This document shows positions 20,546-29,691 of a stretch of DNA of 64,000 nt, in pieces. This DNA is from Methylococcales bacterium (GTDB lineage: Bacteria > Pseudomonadota > Gammaproteobacteria > Methylococcales > DRLZ01), in contig CBDCZN010000002.1 of the NCBI GenBank assembly GCA_965224565.1, forward strand, positions 1,636,309 through 1,700,308, read 5' to 3'. The first letter of the stretch is position 1. Every line of letters begins with the position of its first letter. A model generated the notes under the pieces. That model saw only the letters and a list, made by a program, of their open reading frames with translations, was not told the origin of the DNA and made no database searches. A program made the position numbers and the translations under genes.

Positions 20546-20637
20546 GATTGTCTCCGCTTAAGTGAATGACGTTGTCTTGAGGATAACGTGCAATTTACCG
20601 GCCTGTCTAGTGAGTGAGTAACTTCTGGGGAGTGTGA

Positions 20638-21747
20638 TTATTTAGACACGCAGTTAGCCACTGTTTGTGTGAGGCTATCGCGATAGTGATCGATCAGGTT
20701 TTTCCACGACATTGCTGACACATTAGGCGCCTCAATCCGAGGTTCAGATCGGGAACGATTCAACCAATACTCAATTTTGTCACAGAGCCCCTTGGCTTCT
20801 GAATCAATGTTATCCAATTGTGACGGATAACAGTATTTATTATCAAAAAACTCTGGATAACTGAGCCTATCCGGTACAACAGGAATACAACCACACGCAA
20901 CAGCTTCCATGACAGCTAAACCTTGAAATTCATGTATGGCTGTCGAAATAACCAGATCGGATTCTGATAAAATCCGCAGATATTCTTTGCGATTCTTAAT
21001 ATAGCCAAATTCACCGATGTGTTCAGAAAAACTATTGTGTAGTTGTACAAAAATTTCAGGCGAATTTCGAAATTGTTGGCCGATGATATGAATGTGGAAA
21101 TCAATACTGCGTGATTTTAGTAAGGATAAAGCTGCATAGAGTCGTTCTGGTCCTTTGTCGTATTCCCAGCGATGATTCCAAACCACTGTTAAAGGACTGG
21201 AAAATATAGCTTTTTTTGATGGTATGGATAACTCAATTGGCACTGGAATAACTTGTGATTTACTGGAGAGTTGACCCGCAATCCCTCTGGGCACACAATC
21301 TGGCATTTTTGCAAGCAATTGTTCAACCCCAATCAGATAAGTACTTCGGTTATACTCAGAGTTGAAAACCAGTTGGTTTGCTACCAATCCACTGTAAAGC
21401 GTAATCATTTGAGGCTCAATGCGCTGATGCTGATGTGAACTGAGCGGGTAAGCAAACTGGTTTTCATGAAAATAGACAATGCTCGGTGTTTTGGCTAAAT
21501 TGGGAACCAGCCCTTTCAATGTTGCCAGGTCGACCATCGATGTAGCGATGATGGCATCGTAATTTTGTGATAACACATCTTGTTCGCTGAATACCCAACT
21601 GAGCGGATTGCCGCGGATTCGCCAGTTGAAATGTCTCGCTGGCAGATACAATAACTGCCAGTCTATAGAGTCTAGGTGACGGACTAATCCCTTGCGCCAG
21701 TATCGATGGCTGGCAACATCATAAGCTGAAAGTAATAACACTTTCAT
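20638..21747 (-). CDS. glycosyltransferase with DUF3524-type N-terminal domain (GT4/GT1 fold)
   Basis: 369 aa. The N-terminus MKVLLLSAYDVASHRYWRKGL...ARHFNWRIRGNPLSW resembles DUF3524 (the N-domain of queuosine-tRNA mannosyltransferase-like enzymes). The C-terminus has the E-x7-E-like region HEFQGLAVMEAVACGCIPVVP. Confidence 0.6.
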   Translation of the reverse strand: MKVLLLSAYDVASHRYWRKGLVRHLDSIDWQLLYLPARHFNWRIRGNPLSWVFSEQDVLSQNYDAIIATSMVDLATLKGLVPNLAKTPSIVYFHENQFAYPLSSHQHQRIEPQMITLYSGLVANQLVFNSEYNRSTYLIGVEQLLAKMPDCVPRGIAGQLSSKSQVIPVPIELSIPSKKAIFSSPLTVVWNHRWEYDKGPERLYAALSLLKSRSIDFHIHIIGQQFRNSPEIFVQLHNSFSEHIGEFGYIKNRKEYLRILSESDLVISTAIHEFQGLAVMEAVACGCIPVVPDRLSYPEFFDNKYCYPSQLDNIDSEAKGLCDKIEYWLNRSRSEPRIEAPNVSAMSWKNLIDHYRDSLTQTVANCVSK

Positions 21748-21950
21748 GAGAATAAGTGTAAATTAGCAGTGGAATGTTCTAACATGCAAGATTAGTCTCG
21801 AACTGGAAGGAGATTATCCTTAATCCAGCTCGTAAATATTCCAGATTTCAATCGATCAGTCCAGTCAAATATAAGCAAACACTATACATAGACATAGCTT
21901 TACATGATCCAAATATTATTTCTTTTCAGCTTTTTTTCGAGGTGTCATAG

Positions 21951-22268
21951 GTGATTATTACTAATATAGAAATTATTCCGGGTAAAACCGTTGTCAAGCA
22001 TTTAGGCATGGTGCAGGGCAATACCGTGCGCGCCAAACATGTGGGACGCGATATTATGGCGGGGTTTAAAAATATTTTTGGCGGAGAGCTGAAAGGCTAT
22101 ACCGAACTTTTACAGGAAGCACGTGAAGAATCTGTGGCCCGGATGACTCAGCAGGCTGAAGCGATTGGTGCGAATGCGGTGATTAATGTACGCTTTTCTA
22201 CATCATCAATTACTGCTGGAGCAGCAGAGCTATTCGCCTATGGCACAGCTGTAATCCTTGAGGAATAA
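21951..22268 (+). CDS. YbjQ/UPF0145 family protein
   Basis: 105 aa with a GTG start. GMVQGNTVRAKHVGRDIMAGFKNIFGGELKGYTELL...ANAVINVRF is a typical YbjQ fold signature. Confidence 0.85.
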   Translation: MIITNIEIIPGKTVVKHLGMVQGNTVRAKHVGRDIMAGFKNIFGGELKGYTELLQEAREESVARMTQQAEAIGANAVINVRFSTSSITAGAAELFAYGTAVILEE

Positions 22269-22279
22269 ACGGAATAATC

Positions 22280-22729
22280 ATGACTAATATAATTATCTTC
22301 CTGGTTTTATTGGTGCTGGGCTATGTGTTTGGTCGAATGGCTGAGCGTCGTCATTTTAAATCGATTATAGACAGAGAAAAGCAGTACAAACATATCCTGT
22401 GTTTTAACGAACGCACGCTGCCAGTCCACACGCCAATACCAGAAGTATCATTGGTTGCTGGCAATGTTGTTATCTCAATTGATTATTTCAAGCGTATTGC
22501 AGCAGGACTGAATAATATTTTTGGCGGACGCGTTAGAGCCTATGAATCACTGATTGAACGAGCGCGCCGCGAAGCAATTCTGCGCATGAAAGAAGATGCT
22601 CAACAACACGGTGCGCAAGCAATATTTAATGTAAAGCTTGAAACAGCATCGATTTATAAAGGTCGCGGGCAACAAATTGGATCTGTAGAAGTTTATGCTT
22701 ATGGCACAGCACTGATTAATAAAAGCTGA
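22280..22729 (+). CDS. membrane-anchored YbjQ-domain protein
   Basis: 149 aa. N-terminal TM helix (IIIFLVLLVLGYVFG) followed by a YbjQ-like domain (NNIFGGRVRAYESLIERARREA...VYAYGTA). Confidence 0.72.
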   Translation: MTNIIIFLVLLVLGYVFGRMAERRHFKSIIDREKQYKHILCFNERTLPVHTPIPEVSLVAGNVVISIDYFKRIAAGLNNIFGGRVRAYESLIERARREAILRMKEDAQQHGAQAIFNVKLETASIYKGRGQQIGSVEVYAYGTALINKS

Positions 22730-22740
22730 GGTTTTATGGT

Positions 22741-23628
22741 ATGGGATATGAAAACAGGGATATTCCGGAAGGCATTAATGTTTCTAAAGCACATCCACTC
22801 AAAGAATTTGCCTGGTTAGCTGCTGGACTGATTATCCTTGTTGTATTCTCAGTGTTAGTGTTGTCTTTAATGGCAGAGCATCTGACACGCTATATTCCAT
22901 TCTCTTTGGAACAGAAAGCAACAGCCTCTGTATCGAAGCGCTATGCCGATGAGCATCCATTAAATCAGCAACAACAAGAAGTTCAGACATATCTGCAAAC
23001 ACTTGCGGACACATTGGTTGTCAATCAAGGGCTTGACGATGACATGTCAATTACAGTGCATTACGTTGATGATGACACAGTGAATGCATTTGCTACGCTG
23101 GGCGGACATGTGATTATCTTCAAGGGCTTATTGCAAAAGATGCCTCACGAAAATGCATTAAGCATGGTCATGGCGCATGAAATTGCCCACATCAAACATC
23201 GTGATCCGATTATATCGCTCGGGCGTGGATTAACAGTTTATCTTGCATTGAGCAGCATTGTCGGTATTGGCAATAATAGCACTTTCGAGCAGGTGCTGGG
23301 GCAGACTGGTTTACTGACAATGATGAGTTTCAGTCGAGAACAAGAATCCGCCGCCGACAGAACAGCACTATTGACCCTGAAACGCTATTACGGACACTTA
23401 AAAGGCGCTGCGACCCTGTTTAAGCTACTTCAAAAAGAAGAGGCAGAACATAGCGCACCGTCTTTTTTCAATTCCCATCCCTTGACAAAAGACAGAATCA
23501 AAGCAGTGATGGGGTTTGCCAAGTCGATTAAAGCCCCGGCAGATTCCACGGTGAAAGCTTTTCCAGATAATATACATAAAGCATTACGACCCCCAGCGGA
23601 AACACTGGAAAAAGCAGAGAATCAATAG
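22741..23628 (+). CDS. M48 family zinc metallopeptidase
   Basis: 295 aa. TM helix, HExxH (MAHEIAHIKHRD) and the downstream ESAADR third-ligand region. Confidence 0.8.
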   Translation: MGYENRDIPEGINVSKAHPLKEFAWLAAGLIILVVFSVLVLSLMAEHLTRYIPFSLEQKATASVSKRYADEHPLNQQQQEVQTYLQTLADTLVVNQGLDDDMSITVHYVDDDTVNAFATLGGHVIIFKGLLQKMPHENALSMVMAHEIAHIKHRDPIISLGRGLTVYLALSSIVGIGNNSTFEQVLGQTGLLTMMSFSREQESAADRTALLTLKRYYGHLKGAATLFKLLQKEEAEHSAPSFFNSHPLTKDRIKAVMGFAKSIKAPADSTVKAFPDNIHKALRPPAETLEKAENQ

Positions 23629-24397
23629 TTCCCTGAAGTTTTTTTCATGATCTCTTTGTTCCAGGGATTGGGATATAGACTGCTCTTGAAGTCACAGGAG
23701 TACTAGATACGGAGTTTTCGGTTTTGAGAATCCGATTACAACAGTTGATAAAGGTTTCTTCTCTGTGAAGCAAGGTACCCCGGGTTTGTATTCAGATAGT
23801 CACATCCACGTCTTTTGTTCATCGATAATGCAATAAGAAACCGATTCCAAAGTAACCATTGAAATGAAAATGGTCAACGCAACACAGGCTTGCGTCTATC
23901 TATGAAGATTAAGACGCTGACCTCACTCGCCCCGAATGATATTAACTGTGTTCTCAAAAACTTGGTCGGTACAATCCTGTTGTCATCTTGATGAGACAAT
24001 TAAGATGGTCAAACAAGGTGATTAGTAAAATGTTCGTTACAGGAATCGAAGCAGAAACTATGCATTATTAAACGATTTTTCCTCAATCAATCAATCACTG
24101 TGACCGTTTATCTTACAAAGGATCAGAATATTTCTATTTTTTTTTACAAAAAAGTTGATTTCATTGGATTAATAGTAGTAGTATTGACCCTGAGTGATGT
24201 GAAACTCAATTCGAAACTAATTCACGATGTAGTTAGGTCTATCATTTATAGGTAATCTATGGATTATATATGATGTGCGTATCTTAACTATAGTGTCAAT
24301 TCGTTTTTAGAAAATTCCTTGTATTGGGGGTTTACAGAGTTTCATTGTTTCACTCATTTTTGTACTTTTTACTTAACTTTAAGAAGAGGAAAACAAA

Positions 24398-24688
24398 ATG
24401 AAAAAAGAATTAGGTAGTGCATTAGCAGTAGGTTTATTGTCTAGCACCGCAATGGCGGCTGATTTTCATGCTCTTTCTGGAGTTCAAGCAGCTCCTGCGC
24501 CAGTTCAAGACACAGAGTTATCTGCGACTGAAGGCGGAGCAAGTTGCGACTTTAGTGAAGTAGCTAGTGGCGGTGGCGTTGCCCTGTGTGCATACTTGGA
24601 ATCAGGAGCTTCAAAAGGTACTGCAAAATTCACAGTAGCAAATGAATTACCTGTGACGGCTGCACAGTTCCTACAGGTTGTAAACTAA
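24398..24688 (+). CDS. small secreted protein, single copy of the 'C...C...VAN-LPV...FLQ' module
   Basis: 96 aa with a good RBS (AGAGGAAAA). Signal peptide ...STAMA/AD, ELSATEGG at nt 24515..24538, two Cys, and C-terminal FTVANELPVTAAQFLQVV. It is a paralog of 24912..25211 and of the repeats in 48468..50027. Confidence 0.7.
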   Translation: MKKELGSALAVGLLSSTAMAADFHALSGVQAAPAPVQDTELSATEGGASCDFSEVASGGGVALCAYLESGASKGTAKFTVANELPVTAAQFLQVVN

Positions 24689-24911
24689 CCTGATTTTCAG
24701 GATATGCCACAGTATTACGTATTGATATACGCGTAAAACCAGCTGGTATTTCTAACGGACAAGTGTTTGTGTTCTCAAGCTCTTGTCCGTTGGATTCACA
24801 AGAATCATATTCACTTGCTTCTATAATTCATTTTTTGCGAGTTAGTAAACATCAAATACTGTCTAGCAGAAAGGTCTCGCTCGATGATGTAAGTAATACA
24901 GGAGATAAACA

Positions 24912-25211
24912 ATGAATAAACTAACAATTTTAGGTAGTACATTAGCTCTAGCATTGCTGTCTAGCGCCACAATGGCTGTTGATTTTTATGCTCTCGAATC
25001 ATTTCAAACAGCTCCCGCTCCAGTTAAGGATGTAGAATTGTCATCAGTTGAAGGTGGGGCTACTTGCAGTAGTGCAACGATTGGCGTTGGATCAGAAGGC
25101 GTTGCCCTGTGTTCATTCATTAGCCCAGGTGCATTTGGAGGTACGGCATCTTTTGTGGTAGGGAATGGCATACCTGCTACGGGAGCACCATTTCTGCAGA
25201 CTGTCGAGTGA
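24912..25211 (+). CDS. small secreted protein, single copy of the 'C...C...VAN-LPV...FLQ' module
   Basis: 99 aa with an AGGAG RBS. Signal peptide ...SATMA/VD, ELSSVEGG at nt 25035..25058, two Cys, and C-terminal FVVGNGIPATGAPFLQTV. By eye it shares about half its residues with 24398..24688. Confidence 0.7.
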   Translation: MNKLTILGSTLALALLSSATMAVDFYALESFQTAPAPVKDVELSSVEGGATCSSATIGVGSEGVALCSFISPGAFGGTASFVVGNGIPATGAPFLQTVE

Positions 25212-25585
25212 TCTTCATATTTCAAGATTATAACTTATTGGTAATCGACCGCGTCTACCCATAGATTTAACCTTGGTTTCTTATAATTGGGTACATCAAA
25301 TAGGCGTGTAATAACCCTCCTGTAGCGAGATGTCTAGGAGGTTTTCCCGAGAAAAAAAAGATGTTGTAAAGGAAAACTGACTTAAACCAGTTTGTTCCTT
25401 TATCATTTCCATTATTGGGGGTGAAAACTCAAGCTATTTACGGAGATTAAACAATCTAATGAGGCCTGATGTTTTTCTGCGGCAAGTCGTTCTCTATTGC
25501 AGTGCAAACGCTCCTGCTTCTTTTCTCCATGACAAGAGGTACTTGTTAGCAATCCTTGAAATTTAATTCAAACTAAAGATTTATC

Positions 25586-26510
25586 ATGAAATTATTACTC
25601 ACCGCCTACAAGACAGCAATATTCCTGGCAGAATATTCCTGGCAGGAATATTGCTGTCCAGTTTGTCGTATGCTGATTATAGTCAAGTGATTTCATTCGG
25701 TGACAGTCTGTCGGATACCGGTAATTTATTTCAAGCGACTGGTTCGCCCCCTCCACCATATTTTAACGGTCGATTTTCCAATGGTCCGGTATGGAACGAA
25801 ATATTGACAAACAATTTTGGTTTGTCGACGCCCACCCCTTCATTACTCGGTGGAACAAACCATGCCTGGGGTGGAGCGCAGACAAATTCAGCTGGCAATG
25901 TTCCTTCAACAGTAAACCAGGTTGCAGATTTTTTAACCGCTTCAGGTGGTTCCGCAGAGCCTGGTGCGTTATATACTATTTCAACAGGGAGCATGACTTT
26001 GGTAGCGGAATGGTCGCTGAATCTGCAAGCAGTGTAGCAACAATGGTAGATGATTTGAAAACCGCTGGTGCTCAAAGAATTTTAGTGCTCAATGTTCCAA
26101 ATCTTGGCCTCGTTCCGGCAGCAACTAGCAATCCTGTTGCTGCAACTGCTTCAGCAAATCTTTTTAATACGACCCTGACTAGCGCTTTGGCTGGAACCAG
26201 TGGAGTTGAGGTGGTCGACATATTTAACGGGACGACAGATATCGTCTCTGATCCGGCATTATTTGGATTGGATAATGTAACGGATTCATGCATTACTACT
26301 GCTTTTCCTGACTGTTCCGAGTATCTCTTCTGGGATGAAGCCCATCCTACTACAGCTGGCCATGCATTAATTGCTGATGCTGCGCTTCCACATGCCATTT
26401 CACTGACGGCTATTCCTCTGCCAGGAACACTGCCTTTAATGATTTCTGCTCTGGCTGGAATGAGGTTGTTAGGTAGAAAACGTCTTCAATCTGTGTACAT
26501 GAAAACGTAA
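25586..26510 (+). pseudogene. GDSL/SGNH lipase-esterase with VPLPA/PEP-CTERM-like tail, disrupted by two frameshifts
   Basis: GDSL block I is FGDSLSDTGN and block V is FWDEAHPTTAGH. The C-terminal sorting-like tail is IPLPGTLPLMISALAGMRLLGRKR. There are two lesions. (i) A 14-bp tandem duplication AATATTCCTGGCAG x2 (25618..25645) breaks the signal peptide; a single copy would read MKLLLTAYKTAIFLAGILLSSLSYADY. (ii) One missing A near 25992..25995 (GGGAGCATGACTTT versus the expected GGGAGCAATGACTTT) breaks the G-S-N-D-F block III. The result is ORFs 25651..26037 and 25791..26510 in different frames. Confidence 0.75.
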
Positions 26511-26703
26511 TTAGACAAAGCAGAAATATTTATCGGTTATACGTTACCAGGAAATATTAGCACTGTTCATCAATCTGTTGCAGGGACATATCGATCAATT
26601 TACTTGTAACAATTTGGACAACTATCACTGACCCTTCATTGGTTTTTTTAGTTTAAAATTTAAGAGAAGATAAATTATTCATCTATCTATTAAGAGGTTT
26701 AAT

Positions 26704-29574
26704 ATGAGCGCTAATAAAAACGGCATCACAATAATTTTAATAATTCTCATGTTTGGTTTTTTTGGCGAGACAATAGCCTCAGAGGATAATGCACAGTCTT
26801 CCTTCGTTTTATTTGAATCTGGGCAAGTACGCCCTTTGGCGTTATCGCCTAACGGTCGAACACTGTTTGCTGTCAACACCCCGGATAATCGCCTCGAGGT
26901 TTTTCGAGTTTCGAAAAATGGTTTAAAACATTTAGGTTCGGTTTCAGTTGGGCTTGAACCCGTATCCGTGGCAGTGCGAAATAATCGTGAAGTGTGGGTT
27001 GTCAATCATCTTTCCGATAGCATTAGTATCGTGAAATTGAATAAACGTTTTGACAAGCGGAAACCACATCGTGATCGTTTCAAAAAAACACTGGTTGGAA
27101 ATGTAGTACGAACGCTTCATGTCGGAGATGAACCGCGTGATATCGTTTTCGCAGGTGCGTTAAAAAATCGGGCATTTATTACAACAGCCCACCGAGGACA
27201 AAATGTGCCTTTTGATCCCCAACTGACCACACCAGGTGTTGGTCGTGCTGATGTTTGGGTTTTTGATGCCAATAAGACAGGGCGTGTATCAGGGGGTAAA
27301 CCGCTGTCAATTATCACCATGTTTGGCGATACCCCGCGCGCGTTAGCCGTCTCCCCGGATGGAGAATATGTTTACGCGGCGGTTTTCCACTCTGGAAATA
27401 AAACGACCTCTTTGTTTGAAGAAGTGGTTACAAGAAATTCAGGTTTACCCTTTCCACTGACTAACTTCGAATCGCTTGAACAACCACCGACAAGTTTGAT
27501 TGTTCAATTCGATGATCAAAAATGGGTAGATGATACAGGACGTGATTGGAGTGAACATGTTAAATTCTCACTGCCTGATAAAGATGTTTTTGTCATTAAT
27601 GCCAATGCAAACCCACCGGCACAAATTCAAGGCGATAACGGGGTTTACAGTGGGGTAGGGACTGTATTATTCAATATGATTGTCAACCCTGTTACGCGTC
27701 AGGTTTATGTGGCAAACACCGATGCTCAAAACCTGACACGATTTGAAGGGCCGGGAGAATTTGGCGGAACAACCGTTCGGGGCCATACCCATGAAAGTCG
27801 TATTACTATTCTGGAGCAAGATGGTTCTGTCGAAGCGCGTCACCTCAACAAACATATCGACTTTAGCCAGTGTTGCGCGCCCATTCCCAATGAAGAAAAC
27901 AGTCGCAGCCTGGCATTTCCTATGGATATGGCGATTACTGAGGATGGTAAGACCCTGTATGTGGCTGCCTTTGGTTCAAGAAAAATAGGTGTTTTTGATA
28001 CAGAATCTCTGGAAAATGACAGCTTTGAACCCTCAACAGACAATCAGATTAAGGTATCAGGCGGTGGTCCAAGTGGATTGGTGCTGGATGCTAAACGCAA
28101 GAAAATTTATGCATTGACCCGTTTTGATAATTCTATTTCAATTATCGATACGGTCAACAATAAAGAAATAGCTCATGTCCCCATGTTTAATCCAGAACCG
28201 GAAAGCATCGTTGCCGGACGCCCCTTTTTGTATGACGCATCATTCACTTCCAGTCATGGAGATTCCGCTTGTGCAAGCTGTCACATCTTTGCTGACTTTG
28301 ATAGTCTTGCCTGGGATTTAGGCGATCCGGATGCAACAGAAATCAATAATCCAGGACCGTTTTCTCTTCGTCCTGAAGAGGCATTATCAGCGACCAGTGT
28401 GCATTATCGCCCTTTGAAAGGACCGATGACTACACAGAGCTTGCGGGGTATGGCCAATCATGGTCCTATGCACTGGCGAGGAGATCGAACTGGCGGAAAT
28501 GATGAACCGATTAGTCAGCCAGACGGCGGTACTTTTAATGAAGAACTCGCTTTTAAAAAGTTTAACGTGGCGTTCGATGGACTAAACGGCAGACATGGCC
28601 CACTGACTGATGCGGAAATGCAAGCCTTTACCGACTTTGTCTTGCAAATTACGTATCCGCCTAACCCAGTTCGAAATCTTGATAACTCACTCACGCCTGA
28701 TCAGTCAGCTGGAAGAGATTTCTATTTTAGTGATGAGCCATCAGATATATTTTTTAACTGCAATGGCTGTCATGTGCTAGACCCTGACGCGAATAAAGAA
28801 TTTGGCGTTGCTAAACCAGGTTTCTTTGGCACCGACGGCAGATCTTCGTTTGAAAATTTAACACAGGTATTCAAAACACCGCATTTAAGAAATTTATATC
28901 AAAAAGTAGGCATGTTCGGACAAGAGGTATTACCTTTTGATCCGACACAGTCTTCTCCTTTTTTCTTGCCAGAACCTTTAAATAATAACGATTTTATGGG
29001 GGATCAAGTGCGTGGCTTTGGTTTTTTGCATGATGGTAGTACGGATACACTATTCCGTTTTCACGGCTCTTCAGTTTTTGCCCAACTCCCTGAACGACCT
29101 CCTTTACCCGCAAATCCAGGTGGCTTTCCATTGGATGCAACTGGTATCGTCAAACGCAAACAAGTTGAACAATTCATGCTGGCTTTTGATACTAATTTAG
29201 CCCCAATTATCGGACAACAGGTTACGTTGACCAGGTACAATAAAAAACAGGTCGCTCCTCGTATTGATTTATTAATAGCAAGATCAGAAGCAGGAGAATG
29301 TGATTTGGTCGCTAAAGCACGCATTGGAAGACGGGAAGTCGGTTTTCTTTATCGCGGTGATGGTCGGTTTTATCGTGACATAGAAAGCAAACATCCGATA
29401 TCCGATGAAAGTTTACGAAAAAATATACGTAGAAGGCGTGGGGAAGTAACCTATACTTGTGTGCCGGTGGGGTCGGGTGTCAGAATAGCTTTGGACAGAG
29501 ACGAAGATGGGATTTGGAATGGGGATGAATGGAATGCGGGTAGTAAACCTGCAAATGAGTCAATAAGTAATTAA
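26704..29574 (+). CDS. secreted beta-propeller / di-haem cytochrome c peroxidase-like protein
   Basis: 956 aa with a signal peptide. YVTN/lactonase-type propeller repeats (LALSPNGRTLFAVNTPDNRLEVF, LAVSPDGEYVYAAVFHSGN, ITEDGKTLYVAAFGSRKIGVFD, KIYALTRFDNSISIID). Two CxxCH haem motifs: CASCH (nt 28270..28284) and CNGCH (nt 28759..28773). Confidence 0.78.
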   Translation: MSANKNGITIILIILMFGFFGETIASEDNAQSSFVLFESGQVRPLALSPNGRTLFAVNTPDNRLEVFRVSKNGLKHLGSVSVGLEPVSVAVRNNREVWVVNHLSDSISIVKLNKRFDKRKPHRDRFKKTLVGNVVRTLHVGDEPRDIVFAGALKNRAFITTAHRGQNVPFDPQLTTPGVGRADVWVFDANKTGRVSGGKPLSIITMFGDTPRALAVSPDGEYVYAAVFHSGNKTTSLFEEVVTRNSGLPFPLTNFESLEQPPTSLIVQFDDQKWVDDTGRDWSEHVKFSLPDKDVFVINANANPPAQIQGDNGVYSGVGTVLFNMIVNPVTRQVYVANTDAQNLTRFEGPGEFGGTTVRGHTHESRITILEQDGSVEARHLNKHIDFSQCCAPIPNEENSRSLAFPMDMAITEDGKTLYVAAFGSRKIGVFDTESLENDSFEPSTDNQIKVSGGGPSGLVLDAKRKKIYALTRFDNSISIIDTVNNKEIAHVPMFNPEPESIVAGRPFLYDASFTSSHGDSACASCHIFADFDSLAWDLGDPDATEINNPGPFSLRPEEALSATSVHYRPLKGPMTTQSLRGMANHGPMHWRGDRTGGNDEPISQPDGGTFNEELAFKKFNVAFDGLNGRHGPLTDAEMQAFTDFVLQITYPPNPVRNLDNSLTPDQSAGRDFYFSDEPSDIFFNCNGCHVLDPDANKEFGVAKPGFFGTDGRSSFENLTQVFKTPHLRNLYQKVGMFGQEVLPFDPTQSSPFFLPEPLNNNDFMGDQVRGFGFLHDGSTDTLFRFHGSSVFAQLPERPPLPANPGGFPLDATGIVKRKQVEQFMLAFDTNLAPIIGQQVTLTRYNKKQVAPRIDLLIARSEAGECDLVAKARIGRREVGFLYRGDGRFYRDIESKHPISDESLRKNIRRRRGEVTYTCVPVGSGVRIALDRDEDGIWNGDEWNAGSKPANESISN

Positions 29575-29691
29575 GGAACGCGCACGGAGTCAGTCTTGGT
29601 CTGGATTTCGTTCCTCCTGTCGGGAAAAGTGCGTTGCAATTCCGATTCATCTATTTTTCAGTGGCAATTATGGAGGAGAACAGAAACCGTA

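Noticed and set aside
25791-25990. N-terminal ~65 aa of ORF 25791..26510 (MERNIDKQFWFVDAHP...)
   Set aside because: This is an out-of-frame read-through of the GDSL gene upstream of the 1-nt frameshift. The real coding frame there is that of ORF 25651..26037.
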